This document shows, piece after piece, positions 1-10,308 of a stretch of DNA of 64,000 nt. Positions within the stretch are counted from its first letter, which is position 1, and each line of letters begins with the position of its first letter. Source of the DNA: Bdellovibrionales bacterium (GTDB taxonomy: Bacteria > Bdellovibrionota > Bdellovibrionia > Bdellovibrionales > JAGQZY01); contig CAXRHT010000002.1 of assembly GCA_964230645.1 (NCBI GenBank), positions 1,152,001-1,216,000 on the forward strand, written 5' to 3'. The notes under the pieces were generated by a model. That model was not told the origin of the DNA, did no database searches, and saw nothing but the letters and a program-made list of their open reading frames with translations. A program made the translations under genes and the position numbers.

Positions 1-199
1 TTTTCTAAATTTCAAATCAGTATAGAATAATGCAATAAGAACCCTTACAATCAATTTTGATAGCGATCTCACGTTAACTACTTAAGAGTCGACTAGAATT
101 TTGGCAAAATTCAGAAAACGATCGATCTGGTTTTTAATTGCTCGATTAAAAATTTCAAGGTAAAAAATCACAGAATCCAGCTCAAAAACCTCATGTCTC

Positions 200-895
200 T
201 TACCCTTCACTTCTCCCGGACGCTTGTTTGACTCTGGACCAGATTTCTTCCTCAAGCAAGGTGGTATGGATTTGAGCATCAGGACTAAAGGTAACCATTG
301 AGTTTTTTAGCCGCACCACATCAAATCTTTCCCCCTTTATGCTGGAGCCATCAACCATTTGATTCGCCACATTTAACAAACTTATACACCCAATGCGGAA
401 CTGCAAATCAAGGATAGAGTTGAAATCAGCACCGGATATAGGAAATGAAGCCTGCATTAGTGGAGAACCACGATCTAGTTCTTCATTCACATGATGAACA
501 GTCACCCCTGTAATCTTGGAGCCATACTCTATACATCGCCTTAGAGCTGTCTTGCCAACTACACCACCAAAGGCTGGTAAAATAGAATAGTGCAGATTAA
601 TAAATTTTCCCTCAAAGCTGTTTAAGACATTACTTTGAACAATTTTATGAACATTTGTAATTATTAAATCAGGTTTTAAGTCGACAAGTTTTACTCTTAC
701 TAGCTCTTGCTTACCATCGAATGGCACGACAAATCCATTCAGAGAATTTTCTTCTGCATAACTGAGCGCAGGACACAACCTGTCAGAAATTACACCTGCA
801 ATTTCGAAGTTCTCCAGCAACCCATCTTCGATCGCCAGGTGGAAAAATCTCAAATTTCCTCCGCCACCAGAGCACAGAAAAACTACCTTATTCAT
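200..895 (-). CDS. PurN-like formyltransferase (probable sugar N-formyltransferase)
   Basis: SGGGGN N-terminus, NLHYSILPAFGG and HHVNEELDRG formyltransferase motifs; overlaps the GT2 gene in a glycan locus. Confidence 0.75.
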   Translation of the reverse strand: MNKVVFLCSGGGGNLRFFHLAIEDGLLENFEIAGVISDRLCPALSYAEENSLNGFVVPFDGKQELVRVKLVDLKPDLIITNVHKIVQSNVLNSFEGKFINLHYSILPAFGGVVGKTALRRCIEYGSKITGVTVHHVNEELDRGSPLMQASFPISGADFNSILDLQFRIGCISLLNVANQMVDGSSIKGERFDVVRLKNSMVTFSPDAQIHTTLLEEEIWSRVKQASGRSEG

Positions 896-1823
896 GAAGC
901 CCCTTCTGCTCGTAGATCGCTTTCACTATACTATAAGGCCTCCCCTTGACTTCAGAAAAAATTTTAGACAGATAAATTCCGATGATACCCAATGACGACA
1001 TGATAATCCCCCCAATTAACCATATAGATGCAATTAACGATGTCCATCCTACCGCAACTTCATGGTTTACTATCCGATTCCAGAGTAGAATTACAGTATA
1101 GACACTCGAAAAAATAGAAATCATTACACCTACATAAAAAATCCCTTTAAGCGGGGCATTACTAAATGACGTAATTGAATTCACAAACAACGAAAATTTT
1201 CTTCTCAAATTATACGTCGAAGATCCTTTGTCTAGCTTTTCGAAAAAATAAGGCTTTTGAAGGAAACCCGTGATCTCCCATAGGCCAGCAAGGAAAATCT
1301 CACGCTCGCGATGCATTAACAAAGCATTCACGTAAGGGCGAGACATAAGCCTAACAGTAGAGAGGCTACCTCTTAAGTTCAAGTCGGTCAGTGAGTTAAA
1401 TAAGGCCCAAAAAAGGTAACCGCTAATTCTTTCAACGAGACCACCCTTCCTTTTTTTCTGAACTCCATAAACAACATCCACCTCATCACTTACTAAAACG
1501 GTGTTAAAAGGTGTGAGGAGAGCTGGATCCTCCTCAAGATCGACATCAATCAGGTAGACCAAGTTCCCTCGAGAATGGGCTAACCCAGTCATTATAGCCT
1601 TATGATGCCCAAAGTTGCGTGACAGATCTATAATTTTGACCCTCGAGTCCAGCCTCTGAATTTCCAAAGCTATCTGAAGAGACCTATCAGGCGATCCATC
1701 GTTTACAAATATAATTTCATAATCACAGCCAAAGCCTGATTCACACACAGCCTTCATTCTCTCGTAAAAAACTTTAATATATTCTTCGGACTTATAAAGT
1801 GTTGTGACTACAGAAAGCTTCAC
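888..1823 (-). CDS. GT2 polyprenol-phosphate glycosyltransferase (GtrB/ArnC-like)
   Basis: VNDGSPD, SRNFGHHKA, DVDLEE motifs and two C-terminal TM helices ending EVKGRP. Confidence 0.9.
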   Translation of the reverse strand: MKLSVVTTLYKSEEYIKVFYERMKAVCESGFGCDYEIIFVNDGSPDRSLQIALEIQRLDSRVKIIDLSRNFGHHKAIMTGLAHSRGNLVYLIDVDLEEDPALLTPFNTVLVSDEVDVVYGVQKKRKGGLVERISGYLFWALFNSLTDLNLRGSLSTVRLMSRPYVNALLMHREREIFLAGLWEITGFLQKPYFFEKLDKGSSTYNLRRKFSLFVNSITSFSNAPLKGIFYVGVMISIFSSVYTVILLWNRIVNHEVAVGWTSLIASIWLIGGIIMSSLGIIGIYLSKIFSEVKGRPYSIVKAIYEQKGLHE

Positions 1824-2136
1824 AATTACCTCTTCTTGGAAATAGAACGTACATTAACCACTTACAGGCTCTCTAGGGAACACAGCACCAAAATAGATAA
1901 ATGTATAAGAACTCTCCCTATATTAAAGCCTAAGTTTACTCAAAACTTATTTTGCATTGAAGCAATTTGGCAAGTCAGAATACTTAATTAGCCACGTAAT
2001 TTGCACTAAGTATTCGTTAAAAGTACAAAATAGAGAAATGAACATTTAAGGAACGGGCTCAAAAAAACCGAACAGCGCGTAACTAGCCTGATACTAAATC
2101 TCATAAAAAGCCAGTCCAGCACTAGGCTTTAAATTA

Positions 2137-2835
2137 TTATGTTTCAGATATTCCTAGATAATCCCTCGCACCAGCCCCCAAGTTGAAGATCAAGTCTAGC
2201 ACTGAAACTGCGACGTCGCTCTGCCCAAACTGCTGTGGATAATTGGGATATTTGGAAAAGTCCAAGTATTTAATTTGAACACCTTTACTTTCAAATAAAT
2301 CAGAATCAATGTAACTAGCGGCAGATGGACCTGAGTAATATCGAGTGGCTCCTACCTGTATACAAATATCTAATAGTCGCTGACTTGGGGCGCTAGATGT
2401 CTTAAACTCAGAAAACCACTTAATCTTAGTTTTTATACCCAAAATTTGATTTATTAGCTCTATAAATGCTAAATTAATCCGACTGAGCGAGCGCTCCCCC
2501 TCCAGACTGGCATAAAGTGCCTTGAATTGCTCACCATACAAATCAAAAAACGGCGCCCGATGATAGCTTTGATATATCAAGCTCCAGTGTTTTTTCACCC
2601 AATTTGGATCTGAAACACAAGTCTCATAAATTTTTTGCTCGAATCGGCCTTTTGTTTCTACCGGTATCGTTAGCCACTTTACCCCCTGCGGAGTAATGAT
2701 TTTGTTTCTATTTCGCCAGTCTCGCTTGGTATACTGGACATTATCAAGAACCACGAACACATCAACTTGCGCGATGGCATCAAAGTATCCAATCCAAGGG
2801 ATGTAATTTGATTGGGTAATTAAAGCTTTCTTAAT
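2137..2835 (-). CDS. WbqC-like protein (putative glycine transferase); probable ATT start
   Basis: Frame extends upstream of the ORF-track GTG to give KKALITQSNYIPWIGYFD; also DWRNRNKI, YYSGPSA, SVLDLIFN. Confidence 0.85.
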   Translation of the reverse strand: MKKALITQSNYIPWIGYFDAIAQVDVFVVLDNVQYTKRDWRNRNKIITPQGVKWLTIPVETKGRFEQKIYETCVSDPNWVKKHWSLIYQSYHRAPFFDLYGEQFKALYASLEGERSLSRINLAFIELINQILGIKTKIKWFSEFKTSSAPSQRLLDICIQVGATRYYSGPSAASYIDSDLFESKGVQIKYLDFSKYPNYPQQFGQSDVAVSVLDLIFNLGAGARDYLGISET

Positions 2836-3036
2836 ATTAAATACCTCAAATGGCCTGAGTCTGTTGAATACTTTAGGAGCTATTAATAAGAACCAGATAC
2901 AGTACCTTGAAAGAATTGGTCAATGCATTTTTTATATTGTCCAATCATCGGAGCTTTAAATTCACTATTTGAAAGTACTTTTTCATGTAAATGCAGTAGG
3001 CTATCTCTTTTCGTGACAGTATTGGCAATATATCAA

Positions 3037-4713
3037 TCAATGTATTATTCGCTGGAATTCGTATACGTACTGGTTCAACTTTTTTTCAAGTTCAAAATAA
3101 TCATCAACTTTTAAGACTTTGATTGCCTCAGTATTGATTCCATAATGCTCCTCTAAAAAAATTTTTAACTTTAATACCTGTCTAGGTGTGGCTATCAAAT
3201 AATAGTTTTCTTTAGAGACCAACTCTTTGAGAGGATGCTCGATGCGCTCTCGTTTTAGCACGAGGCTGTTGTGCGGAGAGTTAATCATCCAGCCAGTAAC
3301 GATAAATTTGAAATAATTATTTTTTCTCAAAAAAGTCGACTTTGGCAGTATAAATTGGAAAGGCATCGAAGGAGACCAACACAAATAAACCCCTCCTCTT
3401 TCCCGTAGCTCTTCCATTAGCCCCGTCAAGGATTCCACGTTTCGATTATTGTCGAGGCTCTGACCAGGAAGATCTTTGACAATATCGGCGATTGAAAATA
3501 CCAGAACACAACTAACTACCACAAAAAGCGATGCGACTTTCCTACTAATCGTTACTTTGAAAGTTGATGCTCTTAAAAAGCTTAAGGAAACAGCACAGGA
3601 GAAAAATATCGTCGGAACCGCCAATCGCGGTGGGAAGCGCGCAAACATTCCTAATGACATGCAGACCAAGCAGATCCAGCCATTGAGAAAAAATATAAGC
3701 TTCTTATTTATAGAAAAAAGACAGAGGAGGACGATAAAGCACAGCCAGAACACTATAAAGTGTCTAATTTTTAATAGACTTCTACTGAAGATCTTTAAAG
3801 ATTTGGAGATTGAACGACCGCCTCGCGTGGGCAGATTTTTATTCAGAAAACGTAATTTTTCAACACTGTATACCTTTTTATCTGTAAACATCCATTTCTT
3901 AAATATCCAAAAGTCATTTTTGCTCCAGCCTACCCTACTCATTATTTTTTGAGTCTCCGAGGTCCATGTTAATTGTGGGGTGCCATGCAACTTACCGCGC
4001 TCAATATTGAATTCCCTATAATTAAACTCCTTAGGTATTGGAGCTCCAGACATGGTATGAGAAGCCTTTGTAGCCGCTAGCATAATTAAAACCAAGATCA
4101 AACTTCCTTTGCTAACCTTTGGGCCGTCAGGGAAAAATTGACGCCAAACTATCAATGGTAAAACTAGCACGACGGAAAAATAGAGACATTGCTCTCTAAC
4201 TAGCCCGCCTAGTAGGAGAAACACCATGGATATAATTTTTGACATCTTATAACGAGGTGAAAAGTATAAAACCCAACCAGCTGCCAACAAAGTCAATGAC
4301 GCAGAAGTGAAGCTAATATTCATCAACACTGCCCAAAAAACACCAATTATGCACAGAGAAAACAGAAGTAGCTTTGCGCCGCGTCTTCGAAAGTCCATTA
4401 AACAGATCGCTATTACGGTGGAGGAAACAATATGACAAAAATACATAAAGGCGCCATACCAAGGAACACCCGCAGAAAATGAATAAAGGTATTTCAGGAC
4501 ATAACCGACTGCATTGCTCATGAAAACAACATTTTCAGATGGCTCTCCCGTGTAGAGTCCCGAGGAAATCATCATCATGACAACGTCATCATTGACCGCA
4601 AATTTACCAGTTAGGAAAATTAAGGGGAGTGAAATAAATAGAAAACTAATAGCCACGAGGAACCCACAAGTTAATACCTGCGACGCTCTGCGGACATTTT
4701 TATTTAAAAACAT
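3037..4713 (-). CDS. Polytopic membrane protein, GT-C-like glycosyltransferase candidate
   Basis: About 10 hydrophobic segments, NDD in first external loop, large soluble loops; next to GtrB-like gene. Confidence 0.55.
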   Translation of the reverse strand: MFLNKNVRRASQVLTCGFLVAISFLFISLPLIFLTGKFAVNDDVVMMMISSGLYTGEPSENVVFMSNAVGYVLKYLYSFSAGVPWYGAFMYFCHIVSSTVIAICLMDFRRRGAKLLLFSLCIIGVFWAVLMNISFTSASLTLLAAGWVLYFSPRYKMSKIISMVFLLLGGLVREQCLYFSVVLVLPLIVWRQFFPDGPKVSKGSLILVLIMLAATKASHTMSGAPIPKEFNYREFNIERGKLHGTPQLTWTSETQKIMSRVGWSKNDFWIFKKWMFTDKKVYSVEKLRFLNKNLPTRGGRSISKSLKIFSRSLLKIRHFIVFWLCFIVLLCLFSINKKLIFFLNGWICLVCMSLGMFARFPPRLAVPTIFFSCAVSLSFLRASTFKVTISRKVASLFVVVSCVLVFSIADIVKDLPGQSLDNNRNVESLTGLMEELRERGGVYLCWSPSMPFQFILPKSTFLRKNNYFKFIVTGWMINSPHNSLVLKRERIEHPLKELVSKENYYLIATPRQVLKLKIFLEEHYGINTEAIKVLKVDDYFELEKKLNQYVYEFQRIIH

Positions 4714-4953
4714 AGTACCTCTATAGAAATCTATTGTTCAAATATGGGAAAATCCATACATCAAAGGCTCTAAGAAAGTATATATACTAATTTTTATTCC
4801 ATACTAGCGTTTAAGTACCTTCCTAGGTATAAACTCATGACAATTTGTTTCTATCCACTGGAATACAATTAAAAATTTGAGCTATATTTCTGGGCATTGA
4901 AACATTTAATTTTATGGAGTGACAACGAGACCTTAATGATGCGACCACTGACG

Positions 4954-5796
4954 ATGATGACTAATATTATATGCTGCCCCAAATGTAAAAAAGAAATTTC
5001 ATTAACATCGTTAGATTGCTTGAAATGCGGGAGCGAGTTCAAGAAGAATGGTGATCAGCTAATATTTGATGAAAGCTGGGAAAATTTGTCACTCGCAGAA
5101 AAAGACTGGTTGAATTCAGTAAAAGAGAAGGTCAAACTACGGTTTACTTGGCTCTACCCATCCCTCGTGAGTATTTTGGGCCCTGTTGCTCCTACAATAA
5201 ACCCGCTAAAACTAATAGACAACAAGGTGCTAGAGAAAGGCGTTGTCGTAAACTTAGGATGTGGAACTACTCAGCTAGACGCGAAAATCATTAACGTTGA
5301 TCAAGCACCCTACACCAGCGTCGATATTGTAGCATCGATTACAAATTTGCCTTTTATCGATGGTTCAATTGATACAATTTTAAATATAGCAGTTTTAGAA
5401 CATATGGCTGATCCGAAACAAATCGTAGAGGAGTTTTGGCGAGTTCTAAAACCTGGCGGATCAGTGGTTTGCTTTATCCCATTTATTCAAGGTATCCATG
5501 CATCTCCCTTCGATTTTCAGAGATTGACACCAGCTGGAATCAGGGAATTATTTACAAACTTCGAAATAGATTTAGTACATAGCGTTGGACCGACCTCGGG
5601 TTTATTATGGGTGCTGCAAGAATGGTTGGCCATGTTTTTTTCATTTGGCTCGGTAAGACTTTATAAGATATTGATCCCTCTAACCTGGATATTTTCGCCA
5701 ATAAAGTATTTAGATTTCATTATGCGCCACCATACAGCTAGTTCAACCATCTCAACCGGGTTCTTTTTCGTAGCTAGAAAAAAAAATAACTTGTAA
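4954..5796 (+). CDS. Class I SAM-dependent methyltransferase with N-terminal Zn-ribbon
   Basis: CPKC..CLKC, NLGCG motif I, AVLEH, RVLKPGG; start approximate. Confidence 0.75.
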   Translation: MMTNIICCPKCKKEISLTSLDCLKCGSEFKKNGDQLIFDESWENLSLAEKDWLNSVKEKVKLRFTWLYPSLVSILGPVAPTINPLKLIDNKVLEKGVVVNLGCGTTQLDAKIINVDQAPYTSVDIVASITNLPFIDGSIDTILNIAVLEHMADPKQIVEEFWRVLKPGGSVVCFIPFIQGIHASPFDFQRLTPAGIRELFTNFEIDLVHSVGPTSGLLWVLQEWLAMFFSFGSVRLYKILIPLTWIFSPIKYLDFIMRHHTASSTISTGFFFVARKKNNL

Positions 5797-5943
5797 TTCT
5801 AAATTCAGCAGCTGTTCTTATGAGCCCGAGAAAGATATTTTTTTTGACAATTCCCCCACTTAGAAGCAACTTATTATCTATTGTGATTTGAGTAGAGACC
5901 TTGCCCTGAAGCCAAGATCGTACTAACTTGGAAGAACTTTGAC

Positions 5944-7062
5944 ATGGAAATTCCCTTTAATAAATCAACTATTCTCGAAGAATGTATATCTACTGTGAAT
6001 CACACCATAAAAACGGGTAAACTCTCTAGCGATGGACATGTTGGACGGAGCTGCGAACAGCTCCTTAATTCTATGACTCATTCTACTAACTTATTAGTAC
6101 CCTCAGCTACCGCTGCTTTAGAGATGATGGCGTTACTTCTATGCGTAAAGCCAGGTGACGAAATTATAGTACCTAGCTTTACGTTTGTGTCGACTGCCAA
6201 CGCTTTTGCGCTAAGGGGTGCAAAAATTAAGTTTGCGGACAACGATTATCAGGGGAACATACTCCCAAGTGAAATTGATAGACTCTCAACCAGTAAAACG
6301 AAAGCTGTTTGCGTCGTCCACTACGGGGGAAATTCTGCAGATATGGATGAAATTCTCACAATTTGTGAAGAGAAAAATATAGTTTTATTAGAAGATGCAG
6401 CTCAATGTGTTTTTGCCAAGTATAAAAAAAGACCATTAGGGACTTTAGGAACTATGGGATGCTATAGCTTCCATGATACCAAAAATATAAGTGCTGGTGA
6501 GGGCGGTTCTCTACTAATAAATGACATAAAATTTAGGGATAGAGCCAACTTCATAAGGGAAAAGGGCACAAATAGAAAAGCATTCTTAGAAGGTCAGGTG
6601 GACAAATACAGCTGGGTTGACCTCGGCTCTAGCTACTGCCTATCGGAACTAAATTCTGCCTACCTCTTGCCGCAACTTACAAAAGGACTATCTATTACTG
6701 AAAACCGGAAGCTAACGTGGAAGCGATATAGCGAAGAACTACGCCCTTTGTTTAGGAACCATTCGCTTGAGATTTTAGATCCTCCCTCATATAATCTACC
6801 TAATTACCATATGTTTGCCTTCCTGGCTGCTTCATCTGAATCGCGCCCCATCTTGCTCCAAAAATTAAACAGTAGGGGTGTAAACGCCACATTCCACTAC
6901 TCTCCACTTCACCTCTCACACTATGGGAAAAGGTTTTTTGAAGCACGACTGCCCGTGTGTGAAGATTTCGCTTCTCGTATCGTCAGACTTCCACTTTGGT
7001 ACAATATGTCTGAAGCCGAGGTGTCGTATGTCATAGAAACGCTAAAAAAAGTTCTATCCTGA
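5944..7062 (+). CDS. wecE: dTDP-4-amino-4,6-dideoxygalactose transaminase (WecE/RffA-like)
   Basis: PSFTFVSTANAF, EDAAQ, SFHDTKN, EKGTNR..F..GQVDKYSWVD typical of WecE. Confidence 0.85.
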   Translation: MEIPFNKSTILEECISTVNHTIKTGKLSSDGHVGRSCEQLLNSMTHSTNLLVPSATAALEMMALLLCVKPGDEIIVPSFTFVSTANAFALRGAKIKFADNDYQGNILPSEIDRLSTSKTKAVCVVHYGGNSADMDEILTICEEKNIVLLEDAAQCVFAKYKKRPLGTLGTMGCYSFHDTKNISAGEGGSLLINDIKFRDRANFIREKGTNRKAFLEGQVDKYSWVDLGSSYCLSELNSAYLLPQLTKGLSITENRKLTWKRYSEELRPLFRNHSLEILDPPSYNLPNYHMFAFLAASSESRPILLQKLNSRGVNATFHYSPLHLSHYGKRFFEARLPVCEDFASRIVRLPLWYNMSEAEVSYVIETLKKVLS

Positions 7063-7064
7063 AA

Positions 7065-8084
7065 TTATGAGTGATTGTTTCCCATATACCAATTTACTGT
7101 AGCTTCAATCCCATCTTCAAAACGCCACTGCGGTCGCCAACCTATTTCAGCCTCCAGTTTACTACAGTCAACCGCGTATCTCTGGTCGTGGCCGGGCCTA
7201 TCCTCAACGAACTTGATCAATTCGGAGTAACTCTTCCCATTCGACCTTGGTACTCTTCTATCTAAAATTCTACAAATTGTGTGACATAAATCGATATTGG
7301 TCCGCTCTTCGTTCCCTCCAATATTATAGGTCTCTCCAGCCTTGCCTTTAAAAAAAACATTAATAATCGCTTCACAATGGTCTGCTACAAAAAGCCAGTC
7401 TCTTATATTTTCCCCATCGCCATAAATTGGTATATAATCTTCGTTCAGCGCTTTTCGAATGATTACAGGGATAAACTTTTCCTTATTTTGAAATGGCCCG
7501 TAGTTATTAGAACAGTTTGTAGTTACAGTGTTCAAACCAAAAGTGCGAAAATAACTGCGCACTAGAAAGTCTGCTGCAGCTTTCGAAGCACTATAAGGCG
7601 AATTTGGAGCGTAAGGTGTGGTTTCTTTGAATTTCCCCTCCTGCCCCAAAGAACCATAAACCTCATCAGTTGATATATGGTGAAAGCGAAATTCTTCGCA
7701 CCCCAACTTTACAGAATAGGGGGCGTTCATCCATGTTTTATAAGCATAATGTAGAAGGTTGAATGTGCCGTTTACATTGGTTTTTACAAAAGCTTCTGGA
7801 TCTAAAATCGAATTATCAACATGCGACTCCGCCGCAAAATGAACGACACCGGTAATATTGAAATCTTGAAAAATTTTTTTAACTACTACAGCATCACATA
7901 CGTCGCCGTGGATAAAGTGATATTGGTCAGGACCCATCTCATTAATATTTTTTAAATCTGCAGCATAAGTAAGCTTATCTAAATTTATCACTTTGTAGCT
8001 AGGATTTTTTTTACAGAATAGATTGATGTAATTCGCGCCAATAAATCCAGCCCCACCAGTGACTAGTAAATTTTGTTGCGTCAT
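7065..8084 (-). CDS. rmlB: dTDP-glucose 4,6-dehydratase
   Basis: GGAGFIG, HFAAESHVD, STDEVYG, YSASKA, DRPGHD; start at MTQQ after GGAG. Confidence 0.95.
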   Translation of the reverse strand: MTQQNLLVTGGAGFIGANYINLFCKKNPSYKVINLDKLTYAADLKNINEMGPDQYHFIHGDVCDAVVVKKIFQDFNITGVVHFAAESHVDNSILDPEAFVKTNVNGTFNLLHYAYKTWMNAPYSVKLGCEEFRFHHISTDEVYGSLGQEGKFKETTPYAPNSPYSASKAAADFLVRSYFRTFGLNTVTTNCSNNYGPFQNKEKFIPVIIRKALNEDYIPIYGDGENIRDWLFVADHCEAIINVFFKGKAGETYNIGGNEERTNIDLCHTICRILDRRVPRSNGKSYSELIKFVEDRPGHDQRYAVDCSKLEAEIGWRPQWRFEDGIEATVNWYMGNNHS

Positions 8085-8238
8085 TACTCCCCCTTTTTTT
8101 AAGTTGCTCTGCTTTGTTCGTCTTCTCAAAATACCAATTGAAGAAAAAAAATAAAAGGATATTCGCATTTACGCTAGTATTACAAGATGGAATATACAGC
8201 TTAACTCACCGTCGGTCTAATTTGCAGCGTGGTCGCAA

Positions 8239-10059
8239 TCACAAGTTATTATCGACTCTAATGATATTCTTCAGAATCTCCTCACCCCCAGCTAGTGTGG
8301 ACTTTTCAAGATCTATAATCTCAATAGAATCAGCCACAATATTTACTGCACTCGTTGGACAAAATTTCTGGTACCTTGTGTTCAGAAAGATTAATACACC
8401 ACAAGCTACTTTTTCAGGATCTACGATAGGCGTATAATTATCCTTAAATATCCGAAATGAAATTCTCGAATTTCTTTGAGGGGAAAAGTCGTCAATCTCT
8501 ATAACCCGATAAATTCCATTCCTCCCCCCTTCTGCAGCTGTCTTTTCCATTATATTCTCAATCGCCTCGAGAATATCGTCCCTTTTCGAGTCAAAATTCG
8601 CTACGATTATCTTATCATAAAAATCCGCCCCCCCCTCCAATCTACTAGGTAACGGAATCGGGAAGGGCTTCCGCCCATCTACACAAATAGATCGATCCTG
8701 AACTGTTTGCTCGCTCTGATGCCAGGCCCTAAAGGATGAGATGTACTCCTTTCTCAATCCGTGGCTTATCGAAAACGCTGAGGTCGCTTTTAATTTTGTC
8801 AGCGAATTTTCTCTGAATCCCAAAAATGTCATTGGAAGGCTAGCTAGTACTAGCTCTGGACTGGCTAAGTCGACAGCCCTGCAAAACCTCTCAACAAGTT
8901 CAGAATCCGCTCCAACTCTGACTTCATCCCAATTCCCGTATTTCTTGAAGAAAGAAATCGGACTCATCAAAGAAGAGTAATTTCTCTTCATTATGGAAGA
9001 CGACCCAAGCATGTTCCGAAAAAGATAAGGCGGTGATGTGGTCAGACAAATACCCATAGTCCACGTCAAATTTTCAGAATTTTGGTGTCTCATTTGGAGT
9101 TCGAATTTCTGGGGGTGTGACCAATCATCCGTGTCATGCACAGTGACGAAGTCCCCTTGGGCAATATCAAGCGCCGTATTTCTGGACCTATACGCTCCTT
9201 GATTTTTGGAATTATGGAGTGTTCTTATACGTGGATCTTTTGCTGCATAACTGCTTATTATTCCACGAGTATTGTCACTACTAAAATCGTCTACAATTAA
9301 AAGTTCAAGGTTACTCCAAGATTGTCTGAGTACGCTCTCAATTGCAAAACCAATTGTATCTTCGCAATTATACGCAGGCATTAAAACACTTATTTTTTTA
9401 GTTGGGTTTTTAACCTTAGGAGCTTTAGACTCCAAATCGAAAAAAATCGAAGAGGATTTTTGATCGAGAAGCTCTACCGGCGCAAGTCCTAGCTCTTCGT
9501 ACAAATTTTTAAGTACATGAAAGAATTCCCTATGAGAACCACTACCGGATAATAATTTCAGGTTAGATTTCATCGCTTCATGTTGTACAGTTTTGCCAAA
9601 TTTACCGCTGGTTTCCTCTACTAAAGCACTAAGCTCTGGCACCTTACCCAGTCTTGTAAGCAATTCCGCATACCTACATGCCTCCCGAAACATGTGCCTC
9701 CTGAATTTGGGCCTACATAATTCAATTTTTGTAACCTCTAACTCTGGCTGTATATTACCCGAAGAAATGCCAATCTCAGCCAAGACTAGATGTGAAAAAA
9801 AGCAATCGGCTTTACTTGACGAGGCCTCTTTTCTTAGGACCTCCTCCCAAAACAGCATTGGAAAACCACACAAAGCAACATTTGAAAATTGGACTAATCT
9901 GCAGCTGACTTCGTAACCCATGAAAGCCTTAAAAACGCTTCTAAAACGACGATAGTAGAGCTTAATTCTTTTTCTAAAATGTGCTGGAATTATCATTCGA
10001 ACCAAGCGTTTCAGCCTATACTTCAAAGCTGAGGTTACTCGTTGGCGGCTAAAGATCAT
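8239..10059 (-). CDS. Glycosyltransferase family 2
   Basis: ISVLMPAYN, VDDFSSD, HDTDDWSHP central GT-A domain. Confidence 0.85.
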   Translation of the reverse strand: MIFSRQRVTSALKYRLKRLVRMIIPAHFRKRIKLYYRRFRSVFKAFMGYEVSCRLVQFSNVALCGFPMLFWEEVLRKEASSSKADCFFSHLVLAEIGISSGNIQPELEVTKIELCRPKFRRHMFREACRYAELLTRLGKVPELSALVEETSGKFGKTVQHEAMKSNLKLLSGSGSHREFFHVLKNLYEELGLAPVELLDQKSSSIFFDLESKAPKVKNPTKKISVLMPAYNCEDTIGFAIESVLRQSWSNLELLIVDDFSSDNTRGIISSYAAKDPRIRTLHNSKNQGAYRSRNTALDIAQGDFVTVHDTDDWSHPQKFELQMRHQNSENLTWTMGICLTTSPPYLFRNMLGSSSIMKRNYSSLMSPISFFKKYGNWDEVRVGADSELVERFCRAVDLASPELVLASLPMTFLGFRENSLTKLKATSAFSISHGLRKEYISSFRAWHQSEQTVQDRSICVDGRKPFPIPLPSRLEGGADFYDKIIVANFDSKRDDILEAIENIMEKTAAEGGRNGIYRVIEIDDFSPQRNSRISFRIFKDNYTPIVDPEKVACGVLIFLNTRYQKFCPTSAVNIVADSIEIIDLEKSTLAGGEEILKNIIRVDNNL

Positions 10060-10308
10060 ACCTTACATTCCCAATTGGTTTGAAGTTACATGGCGTACCA
10101 AATTTCTGAGTAGTTGGGAAGTGTAAACCTCTGGGAGCAATAGAGAAAACTGCAAATGACTTAACTTTAGATTCCATGGCGCAGTATAAATCAACTACTT
10201 GCACCGCATAACAAAAACCAAGGTTATGCCGCCACGCCGAGTCATCTGATTCTATAATGGCTTCGCTTACGCTCGTAAATTAAAAGAACATGAGAAGCCG
10301 GAGAAAAC

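Noticed and set aside
82..279. 65 aa minus-strand ORF
   Set aside because: Overlaps the formyltransferase 3' end and has no recognisable motifs
1824..2136. Possible decayed small flippase gene between wbqC and the GT2 gene
   Set aside because: Only short hydrophobic fragments broken by stops; homology cannot be supported by eye
10206..10229. GCATAAC...GTTATGC resembling integron attC core sites
   Set aside because: Only 10 nt between the cores (attC needs at least ~55 bp with L boxes); no cassette array or integrase
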